NCBI GenBank assembly: GCA_002416285.1 | Contig: DICM01000002.1 | Span: 4,288 to 68,287 of the forward strand | Reading direction: 5' to 3' | Length of the DNA: 64,000 bases | DNA from: Bacillales bacterium UBA5026 | GTDB lineage: Bacteria; Bacillota_I; Bacilli_A; RF39; UBA660 | Part shown: piece by piece, positions 19,431 to 27,904 of the stretch | Layout: every line of letters begins with the position of its first letter | How positions within the stretch are numbered: the first letter of the stretch is position 1 | The notes under the pieces: model-generated | What the model was told of the DNA's origin: nothing | The model's database searches: none | What the model saw: only the letters and a program-made list of their open reading frames with translations | Translations under genes and position numbers: made by a program

Positions 19431-20114
19431 ATGAAAGCAGTCTTATTTATTCATGGCTTTATGGCAAAAGAGGAGGACAATCGTTACTTTTTCGACCAAC
19501 TTGGACCTAATATTAAACTATACTATTTTCAATTACCAGGTCATGATGGAACCTATCCAAAATTAAATTATCAAGATTGGATAGAGAAAGCAGAAGAGGA
19601 ATTGAAACTAGTGTTAAAGGAGTATCCTAAAGTAACACTTGTCGGTCATAGTATGGGTGGAGTAATCGCAAGTTACTTAGCTGCTAAATATTCACAAGTT
19701 GAAAGACTAGTTCTTCTAGCTCCAGCCTTCTATTATGGAAATATCAAAGAATGGGTTGTTTCTGGAGTTCATAGGCATGAGGAACAAGAAGACTTAATTA
19801 TTCCTAAATATCATGAAAAACTAAGCACTTATCCAAAACATTACTTTTTAGAATTTCTAAGATTATTAAAAAAACTAAGACCTTATATTCAAAAAGTAAA
19901 GTGTCCCACTTTAATATTACATGGAACGAGAGATCACATCATTTCTTTAAAGGCGAGCAGATATGCTTATCAATCTTTAAAAGGTGAGAAATATTTAACT
20001 CTTTTGCCAAATGTTCGTCATCGTATTTTGGAAAGTTCAAATAAGCGACTTGTTGCGAGTTATATTGAATCATATATTTTAGATGAAAATTTTATTTATA
20101 AGAAAGTATTATAA
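19431..20114 (+). CDS. alpha/beta hydrolase (carboxylesterase/monoacylglycerol-lipase type)
   Basis: VLFIHGF...GHSMGG (nucleophile elbow)...[11 protein letters not shown]...VRHRILE give a Ser-Asp-His triad pattern. 227 aa. Confidence 0.85.
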   Translation: MKAVLFIHGFMAKEEDNRYFFDQLGPNIKLYYFQLPGHDGTYPKLNYQDWIEKAEEELKLVLKEYPKVTLVGHSMGGVIASYLAAKYSQVERLVLLAPAFYYGNIKEWVVSGVHRHEEQEDLIIPKYHEKLSTYPKHYFLEFLRLLKKLRPYIQKVKCPTLILHGTRDHIISLKASRYAYQSLKGEKYLTLLPNVRHRILESSNKRLVASYIESYILDENFIYKKVL

Positions 20115-20125
20115 GGAGGATTTAT

Positions 20126-21160
20126 ATGAAAGAATTAAAAGAACAAATTTTAGAATCATTAAATAACTGTAAAACAGTGAAGGATTTAAATGATTTAAGA
20201 GTAACCTATTTAGGAAAAAAAGGACCAATTTCTGAATTATCAATGAAGATGAAGGATTTATCTGTAGAAGAAAAAAAGGAATATGGAAAAGCTTTAAACG
20301 AATTAAAAGAAGAGGTAACAACAGCGATTGAAGTAAAGAGAGAATTATTAGAAACTGCTGAATTAGAAAAGAAACTAATTGAAGAAAAAATCGATATTAC
20401 GTTACCGGGAACAACTCTAACAGTGGGAGGTAAGCATCCCATTTCTATGGTAGTAGAGGAGATTGAAGAATTCTTTATCTCCATGGGATATGATGTAGTA
20501 GAGGGACCTGAAATCGAACAGGATCTATATAATTTTGAAAAATTAAACTTACCAAAGGGACATCCTGCTCGAGATGCTCAAGATAGTTTCTATATCAATG
20601 AAGAGAGACTGCTTCGCACACAAACATCACCAGTTCAAGCAAGAACGATGGATGCGAATACAGAAAAAACTCCTATTCGCGTTATTTGTCCAGGTAAAGT
20701 TTGGAGACGTGATGATGATGCTACGCATTCTCATCAATTTACACAAATTGAAGGTCTAGTAGTAGGAGAAAATATTTCTTTATCTGATTTAAAAGGAACA
20801 CTAGATGCATTTTGTAAGCACTTATTTGGAGAAGAGAGAGAGATTCGTCTAAGACCAAGTTACTTCCCATTTACAGAGCCAAGTTTAGAAGCTGATGTTA
20901 GTTGTTTTAAATGTGGTGGAGTAGGATGCTCTCTATGTAAAGGAACTGGTTGGATCGAGATTTTAGGTTCAGGTATGGTTCATCCAAATGTGCTACGAAA
21001 CTGTGGATATGATCCAGAAAAATATACTGGGTTTGCTTTTGGTATAGGACCAGAGCGAGTAGCGATGTTAAAGTATGGAATTAACGATATTCGTAATTTT
21101 TACACAAATGATTTACGATTCTTAAAAGAGTTTAATCGAATTGAAGGGAGTGATAAATAG
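20126..21160 (+). CDS. pheS: phenylalanine--tRNA ligase alpha subunit
   Basis: [15 protein letters not shown]...[12 protein letters not shown]...[14 protein letters not shown]...FPFTEPS...[10 protein letters not shown]. Confidence 0.97.
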   Translation: MKELKEQILESLNNCKTVKDLNDLRVTYLGKKGPISELSMKMKDLSVEEKKEYGKALNELKEEVTTAIEVKRELLETAELEKKLIEEKIDITLPGTTLTVGGKHPISMVVEEIEEFFISMGYDVVEGPEIEQDLYNFEKLNLPKGHPARDAQDSFYINEERLLRTQTSPVQARTMDANTEKTPIRVICPGKVWRRDDDATHSHQFTQIEGLVVGENISLSDLKGTLDAFCKHLFGEEREIRLRPSYFPFTEPSLEADVSCFKCGGVGCSLCKGTGWIEILGSGMVHPNVLRNCGYDPEKYTGFAFGIGPERVAMLKYGINDIRNFYTNDLRFLKEFNRIEGSDK

Positions 21161-23541
21161 TGAAACTAAGTAAACATTTTTTATCGGACTCATTGGATCT
21201 AACTGGAATTCAATTTTCAGATTTAGCCAATCGAATGGTTTTCACTGGAAATGAATTTGACAGTATTGATAAAATCTGCGAGGCAACAGGGTTAAAAATA
21301 GGATATGTAGAGGAATGTACTAGTCATCCTGAATCTGATCATTTACACATTTGTAAAGTTAATTTAGGAAATGAAATTAAACAGATTATCTGTGGTGCTC
21401 CTAATGTTGCAGCCGATCAAAAAGTAATTGTCGCAACGGTTGGGGCTACGCTTCCAGGAGGCATTACAATCAAACAAGCCTCTTTAGCTGGTATGGATTC
21501 TGAAGGAATGATTTGTTCCTTAGAAGAATTAGGAATTTCTACAAAGTATCTAAAGGAAGAAGATAAGAACGGGATCCATGTTCTACCAGAATATGCACCT
21601 ATTGGAGAAGATGTATTAACATATTTAGGACTTGATGACGAAGTAATTGATTTTGATTTAACTGCGGATCGTGGAGATTTATTAAGTGTTCTTGGAATGG
21701 CTTATGAGGCAGGGGCAATCTATAATCGTAGGGTAATCTTACCAGATACTACGATTCATCCAATTAATGAAACAATGGATAATTATCAACTTGAAGTTAA
21801 ATCAAGTGATTGCAATATCTACTTAGGACGCATTGTAAAAAATGTAACTATTACAGAAAGTCCAGAATGGTTGAAAAGTAGATTAATCGCATCAGGTATT
21901 CGTCCAATTAATAATGTTGTTGATATCAGTAATTATGTAATGCTCGAATTAGGTCAACCACTTCATTTCTTTGATGCTGATAAATTAGGACGTAAAATTA
22001 TCGTTAGAGATGCTTGCGAGGGAGAAAAATTAGTAACCCTCGATAAAATAGAAAGAACTCTAACAGAAAGTGATATTGTAATCGCAAATGATAAAGGGGC
22101 TGTTGCTCTTGCTGGTGTCATGGGTGGATACGAAACAGAGGTAACCGAAAACACTAAAAATATTTTTATTGAATCAGCTATTTTTGATTCTATTCGAGTT
22201 CGATTGACATCAAAAAAAGTTGTTCGTAGTGAAGCGAGTAATCGTTATGAAAAAGGAATTGATCCTAATCGTACGAAAATGGCTTTAGATCGTGCCTGCC
22301 ATCTACTAGAAAAATATGCTGGTGGAGAAACTGTTAATGGAACATTAACTCATGATATCAGTTCCAAAGAAGATAAAAAAATTGAATTAACCATGGAAAA
22401 AATTAATCAAGTATTAGGAATGTCACTAACCGAAGAGGAAGTAAAACACGTGTTAGATCGTTTAGGATTTACTTATGAAGGTGAAAACTCTTTAACTGTA
22501 CTTGTACCAACAAGAAGACTTGATGTAAATATTAAAGAAGATCTTATAGCTGAAATTGGAAAAATTTATGGCTATAATCATGTGGTTGGTAAACTTCCAA
22601 CATTATCTATGAAATCCGGAAAGAGATCAGTAAAAGGTGAAGTTGTTCGATCAATTATGACAAGACTACAAAGTTTAGGAATTCAAGAAGTTATTACTTA
22701 CTCATTAGTAAGCGAACAAGAAATTGAATTATTCCAACCAAGTAAAAAAAATCCAGTAATTTTAGCAAATCCACTTACAGAAGATCACAAAGTGATGAGA
22801 ACATCATTAATTCCATCTCTTTTACAAACAGTAGAATACAATCGTTCACGTAATATCGAAGATATTAAACTATTTGAATGTGGTTCTGTTTATTCATTAG
22901 AAAGTGATGATTATAAGGAAGAACCAATGGTGGCGGGAGTACTTACAGGAACCTATTTAAGTACCAGTTGGAAAAATGATACTAAGACTGTAGATTTCTA
23001 TCTATTAAAGGGGGTAATGGAAAATCTCCTCGATTATTTAGGACTAACCAATCGTTATGAATTCGTGACAGAAGGATTTCCAAAAGAAATGCATCCAGGA
23101 AGAACTGCATCTATTATGATAGATCGTGAAATCATTGGATATTTCGGTCAAGTTCATCCAAGTATAAGTAAGAAAGAAACTTATGTCTTTGAATTTAGTT
23201 TGGAAAAGTTATTAAAGAAAAAGGTACGTCAAATTAAATATAAGGAAATGTCTAAATATCCAAGTATTCATAAGGATTTAGCGTTTATTGTGTCAAAAGA
23301 AACAACATCAAAAGAAATCTCAGATATTCTTAAAAAAGTCGGTAGTAGACTTTTAACAGAACTTACTGTGTTTGATGTTTATGTAGGAGAAAACGTTGGT
23401 GAAAATGAGAAATCTTTAGCATTCTCTTTGACATTCCAAGATCCAAATAAAACATTGACTGATGAAGAAGTAACAGCTATTTTTAATCGAATGATTGAGA
23501 CGGTTACGACTAAATTAAATGCGACTTTAAGAGATAAGTAG
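21160..23541 (+). CDS. pheT: phenylalanine--tRNA ligase beta subunit
   Basis: 793 aa. N-terminal tRNA-binding domain (HPESDHLHICKVNLG), then B3/4, B5 and a C-terminal FDX-ACB pattern. The GTG start overlaps the pheS stop. Confidence 0.97.
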   Translation: MKLSKHFLSDSLDLTGIQFSDLANRMVFTGNEFDSIDKICEATGLKIGYVEECTSHPESDHLHICKVNLGNEIKQIICGAPNVAADQKVIVATVGATLPGGITIKQASLAGMDSEGMICSLEELGISTKYLKEEDKNGIHVLPEYAPIGEDVLTYLGLDDEVIDFDLTADRGDLLSVLGMAYEAGAIYNRRVILPDTTIHPINETMDNYQLEVKSSDCNIYLGRIVKNVTITESPEWLKSRLIASGIRPINNVVDISNYVMLELGQPLHFFDADKLGRKIIVRDACEGEKLVTLDKIERTLTESDIVIANDKGAVALAGVMGGYETEVTENTKNIFIESAIFDSIRVRLTSKKVVRSEASNRYEKGIDPNRTKMALDRACHLLEKYAGGETVNGTLTHDISSKEDKKIELTMEKINQVLGMSLTEEEVKHVLDRLGFTYEGENSLTVLVPTRRLDVNIKEDLIAEIGKIYGYNHVVGKLPTLSMKSGKRSVKGEVVRSIMTRLQSLGIQEVITYSLVSEQEIELFQPSKKNPVILANPLTEDHKVMRTSLIPSLLQTVEYNRSRNIEDIKLFECGSVYSLESDDYKEEPMVAGVLTGTYLSTSWKNDTKTVDFYLLKGVMENLLDYLGLTNRYEFVTEGFPKEMHPGRTASIMIDREIIGYFGQVHPSISKKETYVFEFSLEKLLKKKVRQIKYKEMSKYPSIHKDLAFIVSKETTSKEISDILKKVGSRLLTELTVFDVYVGENVGENEKSLAFSLTFQDPNKTLTDEEVTAIFNRMIETVTTKLNATLRDK

Positions 23542-23669
23542 AAGAGATTCTGCTTCTTTTCTTCCTTTTTTATAAGAAATAGTTATACTATATACTTGTT
23601 AAGCGTGTAAAGAATGATTATAATAAAAAGACAATTGTGGAAAATAAAAAGATTACGAGGAGGAAGATT

Positions 23670-24773
23670 ATGTATTATTGTTTTAGCTATACAGTCGAAC
23701 AATTGAAAGAAGGAAAAAAGCAGCAGTTTCCTATGCTGTTGCAAGATAGTCTGCGTGCCATTGAAGAAAATAAATATTTATATTTTAATTCTAATACCAA
23801 TCAATTTTATGATGATAAGGGAAAGTCAATTTCAATTGAAGAAAAGCAAATTCAACCTATTGGCAGTGTTAAACAAGTCGAACAAATGACTATGGCAATT
23901 GAAAGAATAGGTGGTAGCACTACAACAAAAATCGAGGATCGTAATAAAATACAAACATGGTATGAGTATTATACGCCTCATCGTTTTTTCATTTCACTAA
24001 AAGGAAATCAAATAAAATCTTTGCCGATGGTGGAATATCTGTGCAGACATATAAATGAAGGTAGTGTCTTTATTAAGACTAAGAAAAAAGACTTTAATGG
24101 ATTTGTTCCAATATATGATTTGATTAATGAAGATAGTTATTTTAGAAAGGCCTTGGAGTACCATATGGAAGAAGACTTTCTTATAAGCGAGATTGTTGCC
24201 ATTGATGAAGATAGTATGGGTAAAAAAGAATATCGTGTTGTTGTAAAAAATGGAGAAGTTATGAATATCTCAAGAATTACAAAATTAAATTATCACAGAA
24301 TTGAATCTAGCGTATATAATTTCGCAAAGAGTCTTGTTCAACAATTACCAGATACATTTCCAAAAAATTATGTAGTTGATTTGTTTCAATATCATAATGG
24401 AATAGTGGATGTAGTTGAATTTAATTCTTTTGGATCTTCTGCTAAGTATCTATATAATTCTATTTTTACAAAATCAAAAGATATGTTACACACTAATGTT
24501 GTTACATCGATTCCAAAAGAACGAAGAAGAGAATCACTTGGTTTTAATAATCAAGAGTATTTTGAATCAAGCCTTACTATGAGTGAAGGAAGTTTTTCAA
24601 AAGATATAACAGAAATTGAAAAATACGGTAAAAGAATAGATGGTTATGTCTCAGTACATTGTCATAGTGGAGAATTATTTAATTTGTTTGATATTGATGA
24701 TATAACTATGATTGAATCACTTGATTATAAAAGTGAAATTGTAGCTGAAAAGCAAAAACAATATTTAAAATAA
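23670..24773 (+). CDS. ATP-grasp-like protein (R2K/DUF4343-like core), function unknown
   Basis: AGGAGGA RBS before the ATG at 23670. The core VFIKTKKKDFNGFV ... KEYRVVVKNGEVMNISR ... NYVVDLFQYHNGIVDVVEFNSFGSSAKY resembles ATP-grasp Lys/Glu/Asn strands. Confidence 0.45.
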   Translation: MYYCFSYTVEQLKEGKKQQFPMLLQDSLRAIEENKYLYFNSNTNQFYDDKGKSISIEEKQIQPIGSVKQVEQMTMAIERIGGSTTTKIEDRNKIQTWYEYYTPHRFFISLKGNQIKSLPMVEYLCRHINEGSVFIKTKKKDFNGFVPIYDLINEDSYFRKALEYHMEEDFLISEIVAIDEDSMGKKEYRVVVKNGEVMNISRITKLNYHRIESSVYNFAKSLVQQLPDTFPKNYVVDLFQYHNGIVDVVEFNSFGSSAKYLYNSIFTKSKDMLHTNVVTSIPKERRRESLGFNNQEYFESSLTMSEGSFSKDITEIEKYGKRIDGYVSVHCHSGELFNLFDIDDITMIESLDYKSEIVAEKQKQYLK

Positions 24774-24808
24774 AAAATAAAATAGTAAAAAATATTAGAA
24801 GAGTCACT

Positions 24809-24847
24809 AAAAAAGTTATGAAATTATTATAATTTCATAACTTTTTT
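24809..24847. terminator. 17-bp perfect hairpin, bidirectional terminator
   Basis: AAAAAAGTTATGAAATT (24809-24825) pairs with AATTTCATAACTTTTTT (24831-24847) around a 5-nt loop, with A/T runs on both sides. Confidence 0.75.
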
Positions 24848-25210
24848 AAATATATTTTAAAATCAACTTATACTTCCAAATTAGTATATGAATTTTTAAT
24901 TACTATTTTTCCATATTGCTTGTTTTTATTAGATTTCTATAAGAAAGATTATTAGTAGTATAAATTCTACTTTTTTCTTGCCTTTTTGATTAAAAATAAT
25001 TATAGTATAACTTCATCAATTTGAAAAAAATATTGATGTTGAATTATTAATAGTAAAAGAAAAGGAACTGTATGAGTTCTTGAAGCAGTGTTATGTTGCT
25101 ATTTCAAAATTAGAGGGTATGTTAGAACAAAAAAATAAAGAAAAAATTATCAGCTTATATAATTTTTTACACAAAATTTTATTAAAATATTGTTTTAATA
25201 AAAAATGATA

Positions 25211-25240
25211 AATAAAAACCGTTGTTCTCAACGGTTTATT
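25211..25240 (-). terminator. terminator downstream of tRNA-Leu
   Basis: AAACCGTTG (25215-25223) pairs with CAACGGTTT (25228-25236) around a 4-nt loop. A T-run follows on the minus strand. Confidence 0.75.
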
Positions 25241-25246
25241 TGTTAA

Positions 25247-25332
25247 TTGGTGCGAAAGATGGGACTTGAACCCACACAGACGAATGTCCACAAGCACCTC
25301 AAGCTTGCGTGTCTACCATTCCACCACCTTCG
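25247..25332 (-). tRNA. tRNA-Leu (anticodon GAG), class II long variable arm
   Basis: The reverse complement is GCGAAGGTGGTGGAATGGTAGACACGCAAGCTTGAGGTGCTTGTGGACATTCGTCTGTGTGGGTTCAAGTCCCATCTTTCGCACCA. Anticodon stem CAAGC/GCTTG with loop TTGAGGT. Confidence 0.9.
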
Positions 25333-25369
25333 CATATAAAAATTATACCATAAAATAATTAAATGGTAT

Positions 25370-25609
25370 CTATTTTTCTACAACTTCTAGATTTCCTCCA
25401 TATTTAATATCATATTCATCCAAAAACTCATAAAATGCTTCTTTATCAATATTCGTTATTTGCTTTAAATCAATAACGATATCTTCAACACTATATTCAT
25501 TTATAATATAATATATTTTTCGTTTCAAAGTTAAAATTTGCTTCTTTAAAAGCATCCCTTCAACTGTAATAAAAAGAGTATTTTTACTGTAAATAATTTC
25601 TGTCTTCAT
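25370..25609 (-). CDS. small STAS/SpoIIAA-like protein (79 aa), weak call
   Basis: The pattern NTLFITVEGMLLKKQILTLKRKI...EDIVIDLKQITNIDKEAFYEFL resembles an anti-sigma-antagonist beta-alpha layout but lacks the DSSG phospho-serine motif. GGAGGGG RBS. Confidence 0.3.
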   Translation of the reverse strand: MKTEIIYSKNTLFITVEGMLLKKQILTLKRKIYYIINEYSVEDIVIDLKQITNIDKEAFYEFLDEYDIKYGGNLEVVEK

Positions 25610-25733
25610 ACAACCCCTCCGATGATACTATAACACATACCGATATGCCGTACGTCCTTTTCGACAAAACTAGAATATTTTTTATATACAAAAAGAAAAT
25701 ATGCTATAATGAATTATAAAGGAATGTGGTAGT

Positions 25734-27071
25734 ATGAAAAAAGTAGTCGCAATAATACTAGGGAAACTAATCTTATTTGCCGGGAAAGTCTTAAAGAGAG
25801 GAAGTTCTCTTCCTGGGGTAATTGCTTTAAAAATTGATAGAAGGTTACTCACAAAATTCAAGCTTCCAAAAATAGTCATTGCTGTAACTGGAAGTAGTGG
25901 AAAAGGTAGTACTTCCTCAACGATTGCAAAATTATTTAAGGAACAAGGATATCAAGTTGTACATAATAAAGGAGGTGCCAATTTAACACCTGGTATTATT
26001 ACTTTATTATTAGAACATTCAACTTTAGGAGGGCAAGTTAAAGGCGATATTTTAATCTATGAAATAGATGAACGTTATACAAAATTTGTCTTTCCTTATA
26101 TTAAACCCGGATATGTAGTGATTTCCAATATTACCCGAGATCAACCACCGAGACAGGGACACTTCGATTTAGTATTTAACGAAATTGAAAAAGCCATCAC
26201 TCCTGATATGCATTTGATTTTAAATGGTGACGATCCATATTTGAGAAAATTCACAATCGGTAAAAGCAACTCAGTGACTTATTACGGAATTGAAAAGAAT
26301 GTTTATTCTTATACGGAAAATCAGTTTCAAAATTTAAATATCAATTATTGTCCAGAGTGTGGTTCTAAATTAAAATATCACTATTATCATTTCGAAAATT
26401 TAGGAGATTATTACTGTGAGAGATGCTCGTTTCATAAACCGAATGAAGAATACAGAGTAACAAATTTAAATTATGAAAAACATGAGATGACAATTAATGA
26501 TAGTTATAAAGTAAAAATTCCATATGATGTCTTATATTGCGTATATAATACTTTATCTGCTTTTGCAACCGCATCACTACTTGGATTAAACCAAATAAAA
26601 GTGACGGAAACACTTTCTAAATTAGGTAGTAATCAAAAGAATTTCGATGCTTTTGAATATAAGACTCGAATCATTCATATCCTTAATAATAAGAATGAGA
26701 ATAGTTCTACTTTCAATCAATCCATTCTTTATGTAAATCGTTTTAAAGAACCAAAAGTGGTGGTAATCGGTTGGAAAGAGATAAGTAGAAGATACAATTT
26801 TGATGATCTATCTTGGCTGTATGATATTGATTTCGAAATATTAAAAAATCAAGAAGTAAATCAATTTGTCTGTGTTGGAATGCATCGATATGATATTGCT
26901 ACAAGATTAAAATATGCGGGAATAAAAGAAGATAAAATTGCTGTCTTTGACAATCTGAAAGAAAGTGCGACCTATATTAAACATAAAACAGAAGGAAACA
27001 TCTATGCAATTTTAAACTTTGATTATGTAGAACCATTTAAAGAAGTTATGAAAGAGGAGGAATCAGCTTGA
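25734..27071 (+). CDS. murT: MurT, Mur-ligase-like subunit of lipid II isoglutaminyl synthase
   Basis: VTGSSGKGSTSS is a P-loop of Mur-ligase type. The Cys4 ribbon CPECGSKL...YYCERCSF and a C-terminal DUF1727-like region are present. Translationally coupled to the gatD homologue. Confidence 0.88.
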   Translation: MKKVVAIILGKLILFAGKVLKRGSSLPGVIALKIDRRLLTKFKLPKIVIAVTGSSGKGSTSSTIAKLFKEQGYQVVHNKGGANLTPGIITLLLEHSTLGGQVKGDILIYEIDERYTKFVFPYIKPGYVVISNITRDQPPRQGHFDLVFNEIEKAITPDMHLILNGDDPYLRKFTIGKSNSVTYYGIEKNVYSYTENQFQNLNINYCPECGSKLKYHYYHFENLGDYYCERCSFHKPNEEYRVTNLNYEKHEMTINDSYKVKIPYDVLYCVYNTLSAFATASLLGLNQIKVTETLSKLGSNQKNFDAFEYKTRIIHILNNKNENSSTFNQSILYVNRFKEPKVVVIGWKEISRRYNFDDLSWLYDIDFEILKNQEVNQFVCVGMHRYDIATRLKYAGIKEDKIAVFDNLKESATYIKHKTEGNIYAILNFDYVEPFKEVMKEEESA

Positions 27072-27799
27072 AAATAACGATTGTGCATCTTTATTATGAC
27101 TTATTAAATCTTTACGGAGAAAGTGGAAATGTAAAAGCTTTGAAGAAAGTTTTTGAAGATCAAGGAATAGAAACAGAGATTCGTTTTTTAACGATTACTG
27201 ATCAACTCACATTTGATGATGTCAATATTGTTTTTGTAGGTGCCGGGACCGAGCAAAATCAAAAAATAGCTCTAAAGCATTTAAATAAGTATAAAAAGGA
27301 TATTGAGAAAGCATATAAAAACGGAACCTTTTTCTTAGCTACTGGAAATGCCTTAGAACTATTTGGCTCTTCCATTATTGATCAATCCGGAAAAAAATGG
27401 AACGCACTCAAATTATTTAAATTTCATGCGAAAGAGGAACCTTTCCGAATTGTCGATGAAGCATTATTTAAAACAAATTTAATTCCAGAATATATTTTAG
27501 GATTTCAAAATCAAAATAGTGTGGTAAAAGATTTGAATAAAGAACATCTATTTGAAGTCATTAAAGGAACGGGTTCCTATCCAAAAAGTAAAAGCGAAGG
27601 CATTCATGTTGGAAACTTTTATGGAACTTATTTAATAGGACCGTTATTAGTGAGAAATCCAGCTTTATTAAAATATATTGCCAAGGAGATTTTAAGCTTT
27701 TATTATCCAAATTATATCTTAAAACCTTTCTCAATGAATTTAGAAGAAAATGCGTATAATACTTTTATGAATAACTATTATAAAGAATATACAAAATAG
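27068..27799 (+). CDS. gatD: GatD-like (CobB/CobQ-type glutamine amidotransferase fold) partner of MurT, lacking any cysteine
   Basis: The whole length is collinear with GatD (LNLYGESGNV..., VFVGAGTEQNQ, GFQNQNS, GTYLIGPLL). The nucleophile position reads LATGNALELFG instead of xxCGGxQxLG. The TTG start overlaps the murT stop. Confidence 0.8.
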   Translation: MKITIVHLYYDLLNLYGESGNVKALKKVFEDQGIETEIRFLTITDQLTFDDVNIVFVGAGTEQNQKIALKHLNKYKKDIEKAYKNGTFFLATGNALELFGSSIIDQSGKKWNALKLFKFHAKEEPFRIVDEALFKTNLIPEYILGFQNQNSVVKDLNKEHLFEVIKGTGSYPKSKSEGIHVGNFYGTYLIGPLLVRNPALLKYIAKEILSFYYPNYILKPFSMNLEENAYNTFMNNYYKEYTK

Positions 27800-27904
27800 A
27801 ATATAAGGTTCTATTTTTTTTCTTTCAGAATTGTAATAATTATCTATTTTACTTGCTCCTAAGAATTAGTCGTGATATACTCTCTAAAGAATGGAAGTGA
27901 AATT

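Noticed and set aside
25119-25214. 31-codon ORF (MLEQKNKEKIISLYNFLHKILLKYCFNKNDK) with an AGAGGG RBS, ending at the tRNA-Leu terminator.
   Set aside because: It is Lys/Asn-rich low-complexity sequence in an AT-rich spacer, and there is no independent evidence. Probably chance.
25091-25297. 68-aa minus-strand ORF.
   Set aside because: It overlaps tRNA-Leu and its terminator, so it is an artefact.
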